From Klebsormidium nitens (lineage: Eukaryota; Plantae; Klebsormidiophyceae): 64,000 nucleotides of DNA. The DNA lies in contig DF236983.1 of assembly GCA_000708835.1 (NCBI GenBank), forward strand, positions 259,558 through 323,557, read 5' to 3'. Position numbers and translations under genes: made by a program. Positions 33,505 to 45,355 of the stretch are shown one piece after another; the stretch's first letter is position 1; every line of letters starts with the position of its first letter. The notes beneath the pieces were generated by a model, which had not been told where the DNA came from, ran no database searches, and saw nothing but the letters and a program-made list of their open reading frames with translations.

Positions 33505-36500
33505 GGTCCAGTAACCTCGGGCGGAGCTACATCCAGATGGAGATTGTGGCAATCAGTCAGGTGAGGAGTCGCTGTTGGAGTGCCTCTGCGGTCCTGACTG
33601 GAGATCTGTCTTGAAGAAAATTCGTGTCCATGCTGGACTTCAGGGTTTTACACCATATCGTCAGTCAGGGGGACGGCTTCAGAACAGTTTCTTTTGACTG
33701 AGAGACACGAGAAGAGTGCTTGATCAAGTTCAGGCTAAGATTATATTGGCTTGCCTCTTCCTGCAGGGAAGAGGGCATCCATACAAATCGGGATTTTTGC
33801 CGCTGTACGGCGCCGCTCTGCGGGCCCGCCATCGGACCTGCTTCGCTTTGCCCGTTTCGACGATAAAACTCGGCGTACGGCCCGTGGGGTCAGACATCCT
33901 GCAAACTTACCTAGGGCAGCTCCATATATAACCAGTCACACATGATGCATGTGACGGGCCCGGAACCGTCCCCTCTGAAGCTACCGGTTTCACCAGGAGC
34001 GCGGCTGCGTATGTTTGGAAATGAGATTATGCATAATGATAAGAAGATTGTCAGTAACCATTTGATGATCGGGCATTATGGCCTATATGTAGCGCTACGT
34101 ACGGCTTGCAGGCCCTGTCCCAATTAAGGTACGTGCCTTACATACTATAGTTGCATAAGCAGATCCGCCTGCGGACTTATGATGAATTAATTGCATGTAG
34201 CAGTGCAGCCGCTCTATGCATAGCAGAGGCATTGCAAGGCCGCCATGACAACTGAACGTTACCGTCCAATTCACTGAGCCTGCGAACGCCTTCCACGATC
34301 GATCCAGAAAGGATTGGACTTTTTCTCACTTGGAAAAGCGGGCAGGGATTTTCTAGCTATGACATCGGAAGAGGACGGGGGACTTCCAACTCGGCAGCTT
34401 TCCTCCGCTTTCACGGGCGAGGCGCCAGATCCCTATGATGGAAGCTGACTCAAGTGGCGCGCGCACTGAATGTCGTCGTCGTCATGAAGCATCCCTGGAC
34501 TGCCGAGGGGACTTGAACAAACCCCGGAGCTGCGCTGAGTCTCTTTCTCGTCACCAGTAGCTTGCGCCGGCTCGATCAGCCCAGGCGCTGGCGGAGCCAA
34601 ACGGCAACCTGTGACGTAAGTGAAAGTGCACCGAACCTGCGCTTCGGATGCGGCTTTCAAGTTGAATCCGTCACCACTGTGAATTGCCCGCAGTGTGATG
34701 CAAAAGGCTCAGCGAGCCTATGTAAGTACAGACTGCTGTATTGTGCCCGCCTGGTGCCCGGCAGGCGGTTCAATTTTCGACGTGCTAACTGCGCCGCCCT
34801 GGCAGGTATGAAAGCACAAAACGCGGCTTCGGGAGGCTTGCCAATTGCGGTGCGCATGCAGAGCAGACTGCAACTCAAGCTCTGCCAGGTCGCATCTTAC
34901 GCTTTGTGTTTGCTGAGAGCTTAAGATTTGAACCCTCAAGGGCACCTGTTTGCTATTGCTAAGCACGCGCAGAGGCGCCGCTCGTTTGAGTATGAAAGGC
35001 TTTGCAAAAAGCTGAAAGCTACGACGGTGCAAGTTCGGTGCAAGGCTTCATTTAAGCGGCGTCCGTACTGCCGTCACGGGCCGCAGCAGAGTGAGAAATC
35101 GTAAGTGAAGGCTCGCATCAGTGGGACCTCAAGGTATTGGGTTTGCGGTTCTGAGCAACGGAAGGCTTTTGCAGCTCCTCTTCAGATCTCGGCTCGTCAT
35201 TCGCCTTAGAAAACTCCGGTCGAAGGATGCCAGAGGAACGTCACTAAGCAGAAATTGCTCTATTGAAAAGACGAAATGGTTGGGGTGCAAAGGCCGGGCA
35301 AGAGTGCAGCAGAAGAAGCAAGGCTAGCTGGAACTCGGAAGCAATGGCCCACTGGCAGTGCCAATGAAGACGAAGTCAAGAGAAGCGGCCCAACAACGCA
35401 ATTGAGGCCCCTGCTTTTGACATGGGTTCCGGGACCCATGTCATGTGGTACCAAGGGGAGTGTAGATGCTGCTCGCCTAGAGTGCTGCGTGACCCTGAGA
35501 CCATCCATTGGACTAAGCGCCAAATTCATGGAACGAATCTAGAGCAAGGATTGAAAGCCAGGACGGCCGTTACATAGGGTCACGTCACTGGCAATCCATA
35601 TCGACGCCAGAAGTGTTAAATTGTTGCCAAACTATGACTCGGGTGGCGTTTTGCCAGCACGAATGTGAAGCGTGAAAGACGGAGCCGAAAGATGTTTATT
35701 TGGAAGGAAATGAGCCGACCAGGATGCTGAATAAGATTGTGGGACATTCAGCACTCAGTGCATCAGAAGCGTCTCTTGCACTGCCACATATATCAGAAGA
35801 GTTCAAAGTTGGTGTAAGTCGAAGGCTCTCTCTTCGTGCCCATGTTTTGCCGGTGTTGAGATCCGTAAGGAGGATGAAGACTGCCAACGTAACATCTTGC
35901 TCGATTCTGTTACCTTCGTATCGACTCTTCGCCAAAGTTCGCCACCCGTGTGCTCAGACTACTCAACGCCGGAAGATTACTTGAGCTGGTTGAAATACTT
36001 GAAAGATGGGGAGCTGTATGAAAGCCAGGCTTCGAACCATGCAATAATCCACACGCAAAAATCTTGTCGCTTGACCCTGCAGTTGCAAATGATGGCTACG
36101 CGGCTCACAAGGTTCCGAAGAATCCGAATGCTTTATGAATCTTGCATGACGAAGTGGTCGGAAGTTTGTTGTCAGGATTGTAATGGCGGATGCGTTGCGA
36201 GGCCCTCAGTCGGGATGTGGTGCCGTGGTGTGCCGCTTTCAATGTTCCAGTTCCACAGTTCCGGGTGACTTTGGAGCTTTCAGGTGAGCTCTTTCTAACC
36301 GTCTAAAGTGGCAACTTCACATGGGTCGTTAATTGGGCATTACATAAATGATCTCCGAGACTTGTCGCCGCTTCATGATTGTTGGGACGAAAGTTGTTTC
36401 TAACAGTGCACATCTAAACTTCTCAGCTCAGTTCAAGTTCGGTAAACGATCTTTAGATAGCATAGTCCAAGTTGGATCCGTGTTCTACCGTGACTTTCGG

Positions 36501-37131
36501 CAAGCAAGATTTCCGAAGATTCGAGATTCAAACGGAAAGCGAGACTCTGTACATACTTTCGGAGTCATGCACTAATCTGCTTATTGTGGATTAATGAGAT
36601 GTACAGCAATATTGTGTACGGTTCAGCTATCCCACGCTTTCGCGTGAGCGTTTCATACTCGCAACGAGGTCCTAGATGATAGGGCACAGCTGCACAATTT
36701 TGAAACAGGCAAACACTTTCCATACATTTTGTTTGGTTGCTTCAGCTTCGTAGTTGCTTTTAGTTTTCTCAGCAGCTTTCCTTTGGCGCAATGATTGTTG
36801 ACAACTTATGATTGACAATATAACACAGTAGCTAGCAGTTTTGCGATATAAACAGCGGCAAGCACCCGCATCCAACCCGTGATGATTGCTGATGGTGGCG
36901 GTCTCGGTGGTCGAAGACCAAACGCGGGGGCCGCCGCCATTGAGCCTGACCGTGGTGGGCGATTGGGGGGTACGGGGGGCGGAGCCCCCCGTTTCGTTGT
37001 TTGCATGAAGGTCATGGGCGTTCGAGACATGGGCGTTTGAGAGGCGGGCATAGGATGGGGAAGGCGACCAAAAGGAAGCTGTAGAGAACGCATCGCTTCA
37101 GATCTGCCCAAAAACAGGTCAAAAACGCGTA

Positions 37132-37164
37132 GGGGGATTCCGAGAATCGAACTCGGGACCTCTT
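37132..37164 (-). pseudogene. 3' half of a tRNA-Pro-like gene (variable loop, T arm, acceptor 3' strand)
   Basis: Minus strand reads AAGAGGTCCCGAGTTCGATTCTCGGAATCCCCC, nearly identical to the plant-type tRNA-Pro 3' end as I recall it. A TTTTT run follows at 37121-37125. No convincing D arm or anticodon arm upstream. Confidence 0.75.
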
Positions 37165-38931
37165 CCAAGCTAGGAGAGAGTGTGACGTCACGATGACGTC
37201 AACCCTCTTTATGTCCGAGTTCTCTTCTGTTCGATCGTGGCCGTCCGAAAGCGTTATTGAGCGCTAACGAACGTCTCAGATTGGTTGTCGGCGTTTTGCA
37301 GGATTTGCCGATAGGCGCCGCAGCAGTCCAGCATCGTCTTGAGGAAGCACACAGGAAGGCTAGGGGACTTGGGGCGCAAGCTGATCATGGCGGAAGAGAA
37401 GGGAGAGGAACGCTGTTGAACGACGGAGGTGAATGAAGGGAAGTGGCAAAGATGCTGCTGCAGGATCATGACCTTTTCGCCACGGCCATGGCTGCCTGAT
37501 GCTAGAAGATGCACAGAGCATCGCTGGTGTTCTTTCGTGCATTGTGCAAGCTTCCTAACGTAGAGAACGTGTCCCTCGGCACCATGTCAGAAATGCTGCA
37601 AAAGACTGGGGGCAGCTCTTTGTGAACCTAATCGAGCTCAGTGGTTTGAGATGACCGCCGAGGTGTGCACTCAGCAATGGAGTCAACTTCAGGACAGAGC
37701 CACTGGTTTTGATGCCACTGAATGCATAGGTCCAGTCTATCTGGACAAGCAAGCCGAAAGCAATGTGGTTCATGAATTGGACAAGCCAGGGTCAGCATTG
37801 TTGGGGAGAAGGCTTGAACCGGGGAAAGTTTGATTGTAACATGTCAGGTTTGCATCATTGACGAGCTTTGAATGGGAAACAAATCGATGAAGGTGAGACT
37901 GATCTGGAGATTGCCGCACATCATCGATGCATTTCATCTGGGGGAAACAAATTTAAGGTGGTTTGACAGCATTGCAGAATGTCCTCGGTTCTCATGGTCG
38001 AGGAGCTGCTGAGTTGAAGCTTTTCTTTCATGAACGCAGACAGCTTATAAAGCCTGGGAAGACTTCAAATCTTGACAGAGCGAGTTTTCTTTCAAGATGA
38101 GTGTACTTTGTCAGTGACATCTGCCAGTTGCTCCTGAATGAAGGGAGCAGAGGATCCCTTGCCTGTTTTTTGGGGGTTCCTTTACAGGGACATCAAGAGA
38201 CTATGCATCAGATTGTGCAACTCATGTGCTGATTTGACAGGTCTGAGCTTGAGCTTAAGCTTTACAAATTAGTCCCTCCAGAATTGCTCACCCATTGTCA
38301 ATTCCAGAGGTCTTGATCTTCAAGCTGTGAAGACTCATCCCCGGATGTTTTCTTCTGCAGTCTGATCCTGAGGTTACTGGCAACGTGGCTTTCACAGGAG
38401 TCCATCACATTGTCCAGCTGAGCAGGGGCCAGCAGACGGGGCCTCCAGCTCAGGTTGCTCCTGAGCAGGTGCAGCTGGTCCCACAGTGTCCGCGTGAGCC
38501 TGGGAAGACGCAACTTATGGATAGTGCACCAAGGTCAAGCGTGGAGCCACCTGTTGTGGAAGGGCCACGAAGGGTGAGGCTCTCAACCTTTTTGAACCAC
38601 AGTCAGCTTGTAGTAGTTGCTCGTGCCTTCAACTTTGCAACCTTCTTTCTGAGAAATTATTTCCAATAAAATTGATTTGATGAGCTGGGAGGATCTCTGG
38701 TCCTCTTAGCCTATCATGTAAGTGTGCCAGGAATATGTACGCAGACTTGTTTGTAAACCTAGGAGACTCATATTAAAAGCCATTTGACCATGGGATTTCG
38801 CAGACCGCCACCATGTTCGTCAATCTGGAAGTCAATTTAGGGCGCCTCCTGGCTGTCTAGTAACTCAGTTGCTCGGTCTGCAGGGAAGTGTCGCAACAAA
38901 AGGGCGCCCAGGCCGCGTCGCCAGGCGGCAC

Positions 38932-41900
38932 ATGAAGGCAAACGCCAGCCTGGTGGCATCCCGCCAGGAGAACCAACTTCCCTCCAACCTCCGCCACAGA
39001 TCTTTGCTAGCTGATGCCAACTTAAAGAACCAACACAACCTAGCTCCCTCCCAATACTCCCGATTCTATGTTCCGCCTGAGGCCGGTGCGGGGGTGTTCA
39101 ATGCCTCAGGCTACACCTCCTTCCATGGCGCCGCTCCTGAGCATTTCCCCCCGGCGTTAGTTCCAATGATACTAAGTGGCTCGTTTCTTCCAACCGCAAA
39201 AGCCGTGCAAGTCATCCGTGATCGGGAGCGTAATGCCAAGGGCCAGCCTCCCAGCCCCTCTGGTGCACAGCAAAGTGAAGCCACCCGCCCAGCGGTTGCA
39301 CAGGGCGCAGTCCCGCTCCAGAGGTCGTCTTCAGCGACAACCCCGTCTCCTCAAGCCTTGCCAGCCCAGTCAGTCCCCTCTGCAGGGCCAGATCTCCCAG
39401 TCCCTCAGCGCCCCCCTCTCTCGTCCAGGACGCGAGATCCTGATGACGAAACCTGGGGCTACCACACTGTACCCCAGCGTTTACTCAGATTGATGAGTTT
39501 TGGGAAACAAAGGCTTCTGGAGGAGCTGCGGATGCACCAGCTCCCAATGGACGATGACGACAAGGAGCAGCGGTCTAGGTACCGGTGGCAGAAGAAGGAG
39601 CCGGAAACCAGGGGCCCGCTTAGCGAGGGGAACCGGCCAAGAGGGATCTGGGGGCTTGAGGAAGTCCAAGCCCTCATGATTGAGATCCTGGGGGATGGAG
39701 GGTTAAACCTGTTTGGTCGGGACGGCAAACTCTTGACAGAGACGAAAACCGGTCAGCATTACAAAACGCTCCAAACGATGTTTGGAAAGGACGGTCGGGA
39801 CTTGATCGAAACCCTGCTTAGATCAGACTTCAGCCGAAACCAATGGGTTGTCAAGCTGGAGGCCAGGGCGGGACGGGGCGAGCATTTTCTGCGTGCGGAC
39901 TCGGTCGCAAGGCAGCTCATCCGATTCATGGATAAGCTGCTGTACCACATGGAGGCCAGAGATGCGGTAAGACTCTTTTTCTGTCTAAGCGTAAATCATT
40001 ACAGTACTTGAGTGTGGAATCGACTCGTGCAGTCAAGTGTCCACTCAGTGTCCAAACTCAGACCACCATCCAGATAGTTGCAGTCTATGCGGCTTCTCTT
40101 CAACGTTTCTCTTCGACTTGGGGGATGCAAGTTCGTAGTTCATTCGCCTGTATACCTTCTCACTTCATGAAGAGAAGGCAGATCTGTAACAGGCCCAGCC
40201 TTCTCAATGTTGCCCTGTAATTATAGTACTATGAGCTGGATAGTCTCTTTGCATATGTCTTACCCACTCCTTTTCGGGCTTTCATTCTGGTTTTTGAACT
40301 AACACTATCTAAGTCAAAGCTTTTTGTTCTCCAGCAACCCTCCCTCGAGGCTGGAGATTGGCGTGTGCAACTGTCGGACGTCCACAAGAGGTTCATCCAG
40401 AGCAGACTTGGCGAGCTGATCGAGGAGGTTGCTCCAGAGGACCGAAAGTACCCTTCAGAGGAGGTGAGCAACCTATATCTAGATTGAGTCATCAAATGAA
40501 CATTTTTCTGAAGGTGAATCCAAGAGCGAGATAACCCTAAGGGTTTGGTTGGCTTAACGTGAGGGTTAATATCAATGCCAGAAATGAGGGCAGTATCAAG
40601 CCGCACAACTGAGTTCATGGAAATACCTGTAGTGCGTCTCATTGTTAGAAAGTGCCTACCATTTAAAACAACGGCGCTTGCATCCGACAAGACTTATTTT
40701 GGCGCTGAAATATAATCCAGTTTCCCGGCAAGGTTCTTCTTTGGCTTATGGGGGGGGTGCGTTTTCGATGTATCCCCAGAATGCAGCCGGTTCTTCTCGC
40801 CTTTGCAGATTAGGTACACGCACTTTGATGCCTTCGTGCGGGAGCATCGGCAGGCCCTCCCCGTAAACATTACGGCGGCCTACTTGCGTACGTACGTGCT
40901 GACGCTCGTGGACCAGGAATTGCCCCTGGAGGTGTGGGCCGAGGTGAGGAGAGCATTTTTTGACCTCCTTGGAAAAACCTGCATGCCTGGAGGAATCTGC
41001 TTGTTCTGATCTTGACGCAGCACCCCCCCCAGGACATCTTGGCTGCATCTCGAAAAGCATATCTTGAGGAACCGGACCCGCCTTTGCTCACTCCTCCCCG
41101 CTGAGAGCCCCATTGATATGCAAACCGCTTTGTCAACAGAAACCTCTAATCCTCTTAAAGCCACTCGGTTTTCTCTGCATGCAGCAAACCATGCGGTGCA
41201 AAATCGCGTTGGACAAGGCATCGGAGCGGAATGGCCGGCATCTATCGCGGAGCTGGGCGCACCCGACACCTGAGCAGCTCGCCAACATCGTGCGGATGTT
41301 CAAGCGGGGCCATCCGCTGCGTCGAGAAGGTGCGTAGTCAAACACGATCTCATTTGAGGCCTTCAAAGAGCGGACACTTCCATAGGTGACGCCTTTTCGT
41401 CGCTCTTATGCGTTGGCTTTGGTTGCATTACCGGTGGGGCCGAAGATGCATCAGGCAAGCAGTCCTCTTTTGAGTCGAGCAGTTCGTCACCATTTCTGGC
41501 GCCCGGCTAAGATCTGCCGTATATATAATCCAGTCACCATCGGGCTTCTTAGCTCAGTAAGCCGAGCTGGATCCGGGATCACTGTTCTCAGGGCCCTTTT
41601 TCTCCGCGGTACTTTTGCTTTTTTCCAAGCCGTCAAGCTACAGGAACGTCTCAGCTGTTGGTACGTACATGAACGTCTGGCAAAGCATACCATCCGACTC
41701 ACAACGTGTCGCTGGTGGGCCGGGGATCTGTGGGGCCACGCTCTTCAGCGCCTCCGCTAAGCATGCCCGTGGTCTGAAGCTATCCATCTGATGCCCGCTA
41801 CGCCAGCACTACAGACACGACCATTAAATTTACTCTCAGACATCAAGCTTTTCTTTTTATTGCAGATCGCCGACTCAGGTTTGCCTTGGCGGCGGCCAAC

Positions 41901-43263
41901 GAGTTCAGCGACCACTTTGGCCTCTCCGTTGCGTCGATAGACAAGATCGTCGACGGGAAGGGATCCGCAGGCTACCGGATCTACCTTCCGAAGTACCGCG
42001 AATTCCTGGCGCAGTACGAAGCGGACCCGGACGGGTTCTACCTGACATTCGAGATGGTGCAGCTAATGGGCAACATCCAGCTCTCCATCCTCTTTGACAA
42101 TGTAAGCCGAGTCCACACTTATATGTCTTCGCTTTCTTTGGTCTTTACTGTGATCGTTCAGTGCTTGCTCTTCCTCAGATTTGACTGTGTAGCATTGGAA
42201 CATTTGACCAGCATGTTCCATACAATTTGACATTGTCCACAAGCTCTCGGGAACTGCATTTGACTTGGCCCTGTGATAAACGCAAAAACGCACTCCTTGA
42301 TTGCTAAAATCTGCTCAAGTAACGTTGTCTCGTGTACCTGCTCTTCTTGTAGTGCTTACGAAGCACCTTCTCTTGCAGCTCGCAAAGGCAGAAGCCGACT
42401 TCCGGCTGTACGCCGCTTACATAGTAGAGGTGAGCGACAGTTTGTGAATGTCTCTGGTATGTTTGCTTGTATAATGTGGTCTACTCTTAGGTCCGATGCA
42501 CCGCCTGCGCATTTGGCCACTCCTCCTCGTGTTTTGATTTTTGTGCACTTGATCGTATGCACCTGTTCAGACACAGAAGGGTGGCTTCTCCTATGCAGAA
42601 AATCTTTGTATGACACGAGCAGCAACTTTTGAGGGGATGTCAAGTGTTTCGTACATACTCTGCACCTGTGGTCAACGCCGACGAAATGGTGCATGGATTT
42701 GTACAACTCCTACAGCCAGCTTCGAAGGGGTGAAAAGATTGTGGCTGCAGCGGTCACAGATTTCCATTGAGACACTCTCTCTGATCCCAGATTTTTTTCT
42801 TCTACTTCAGGTGGGGCAGTTCGTCCCAGAGCGGTACGCGAAGTACTTCAACTTCCCCACCCTCGAGGCCGCTGAAGCCGACGTCGAGAAGTACATGGCA
42901 GCGTCAAGGAAGGTAGTAGAAGGGAATGTCGACGACTGCATGGGAGAGAACTCTTGGTTCGCCCGCCAGATGAAGCACCGGCAGGGGGACAAGACGAAAA
43001 CCAAGGGCCGGCAGCTTCGTGCCCACGTAACTCTCGACCACATCAAGGAGCTGTTGGCGTACCAGCGAAATAGTTGTCACTACACCGGCGAGACCGTATT
43101 CCTTGCGCGAGGCGGGAAATACAGCCCCCATGCTGCGTGCGTGGAGTTGGTCGGCAACAGCCGCGCGGCGAAGATTGCCAGCGCGTGGCAGGCCCGGGGC
43201 TTCAATCGGGCGCCCTTGCGCGCAAGGCTGGGGTTCATGAACTACTGGGTCATGGACGGGTGA
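38932..43263 (+). CDS. Multi-exon hypothetical protein with a degenerate HNH/endonuclease-like C-terminal region
   Basis: Exons approximately 38932-39966, 40335-40463, 40809-40943, 41185-41329, ~41630-41757, 41866-42104 and 42811-43263. One junction near 41760 is unresolved. C-terminal motif KGRQLRAHVTLDHIKELLAYQRNSCHYTGE. Confidence 0.55.
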
Positions 43264-45355
43264 AGTCTCTGGCTTACCTGATCCCTGGGGAGAGCGGCAG
43301 CTTCCGCGACCCTCTGGAACTAAAGTCGCTCGAGATTCTGGGGCAAGATACAGATGGTAATCTGCTCGAGGCGAGCTCGGAAGAAGAGGGGTCAGGGGGG
43401 CGGTCGGGACAGGACTCAGGCGGAGAGAGGGAAGGTGGTGATCGGAGAGAGGGAGTGTCGCGAGTTCACCCAGCAGTGGCCAGCGGGAGAGCGGAGCCGG
43501 GGTCGCCAGTAGTCCCCCCGCTTCCATTCAAAGGCTTGCACGGTTCCTGGGGGTCCGTCGGCAGGGTCCTGGACGACTTGACGGCAGACAGACCGCCCCC
43601 ATCTCCGCGGTACAGGCGCCGAGGCCTCACCATAGACGGCGCTCCCCCCGTTCTCGCGAACCTCAGGTCCACCGGGGTCGGTCCATCGAGGGACGATGCT
43701 GAACAAGGGTGTGCTGCCGCTGGCCCCTCTCATGCAGGTATGCTGAAGCTTGTATCTGTTTGATCTGCGAGTTTTTTGTCATGCACTTCAAGAGACTTAG
43801 GTGAACAATCAAAACTCTACCCAACCAAGAACTCGAACGCTTCACGTTCTTTGACCATCCTTGTGTTAAGTCTCTGTCTCCTTTAAGCTCCCCAAGTTTG
43901 GCGCAGAAGCATGGCTTGGATCTCAAAATATCTGCTCTTGTATGTCGGTACTGAAGCGTTCTCGAAGGCTCCAAAATTTCGGGCTCCGCGCAACACAAAT
44001 TAGGGTCGCGTATTATTTAATTGTTGACTGAACCTTCAAGCCATCAGGGTTTACGAATTTAGGGTTTCCGGGCTAAACCCCATTTCCTTATGAAAACTTT
44101 TGAGTGCCCTATAGCTGCTCTTCCCAGTCGGGAAGGTCTTCGTACAGGGTTCTGATCCGGGTATACTTCACAGCCATTTCCTTAGGGTACCGTGGTTCAC
44201 GTCCAGTGTCTCCAATCCCGAAAGCAGGGGAGTGGGAGTTTTGAGGAATGTGGGGCTTCTCCTGCGGTTTGGGACATAGTTCAGACGGCTAGTTTCACTG
44301 CGTATTTCCAGTCCCTTGCTTGTTTGCACGATCCAGTACCAAGGTCTTCAAAGCTGAATCGTGGCGTCTTTTTTATGCAGGCGGTGAAACTTCCGGTGCA
44401 GCGCCCCGCCCACGCGCTCGCCGCACCGCAGCCTCGGGTCTCCACGCTCGCGGGCTCACAGAAGCCACCTCCGCCCCTGCCCGTCCTCAAACGGACGTTG
44501 CTTCAGGGAGTGCCCGGCTTACTTCCGGAGAGGGGGGCATTTCTAGGAGGGTAACAAGATCCAATCGGAGAAGCCTGCGCGATCTCGCAGCAGGTACTGG
44601 CAACTCTTCTGGCCGTGCATGATGTCTTGTCCGCTCAGTGCTTGAACCAATTCAGCCTTCTAGTGAAGCACCGCCAGCGCTCGATTCCGCTTGTCGAACT
44701 CAACCTGACCGTCGGTCGTTGGCAGATTCACCAATCTGCACACCCCAGCCACTCCACAGCCTCTCGTTCTCCCTCTTGAAACCACCTTCCGCTTGTACAC
44801 AGATGACAAGCCAGACGGCGAGGGCGCGAACAAGGAGGCGAGCCAGCATGAGGCGGCCGCGCCTGGCAAACAGAAGGTAAGCTTTCCTTGACAACGAAAG
44901 TCTCCTGCAGCTCTCTTGGCGGTGCTCGGCGCCTTAGGAAGGGGGACGACGCGTTGAAAGCCGAATGCTTGCAGAAGCTTGATTTCTTGAGAAGCACGCC
45001 TTACGACGGCAGTGCTGATTCGCATACAAGCCAGCACCCCGCGTTGCTTTTTTCTAGTGCTGAGCAAGCTGTGCTTTGGTGGAACAGGAGCCAACGCAGA
45101 CAAAGAGCTCTCGGAGGAGGCAACGTACCGAGAGGCTGAACCTGTCAGACCGGGAGGACTCCGACACGGAGACTCATGAGCGAGCAGGTGATGTCAACGT
45201 GTCCCTATGTCTTGGTAGAATGAAGACACTGACAAAGGGAAAAGCACCAGGGTGGATTTACATACTGGGTGACACTGTCGGGGTCCTTTGGTACCTTACT
45301 TCGTCAAAACCACACGGTTCTCAGAGTGTTAAAGGCGTTTGGATCTATCTCGCAG

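Noticed and set aside
37132-37205. Intact tRNA (Pro, or Ala from a CTAGCTT loop)
   Set aside because: No D arm or A box and no paired anticodon stem can be built.
37500-38700. CpG-poor stretch that looks like a decayed transposase ORF
   Set aside because: All frames I translated are interrupted and no DDE or other motif was recognisable.
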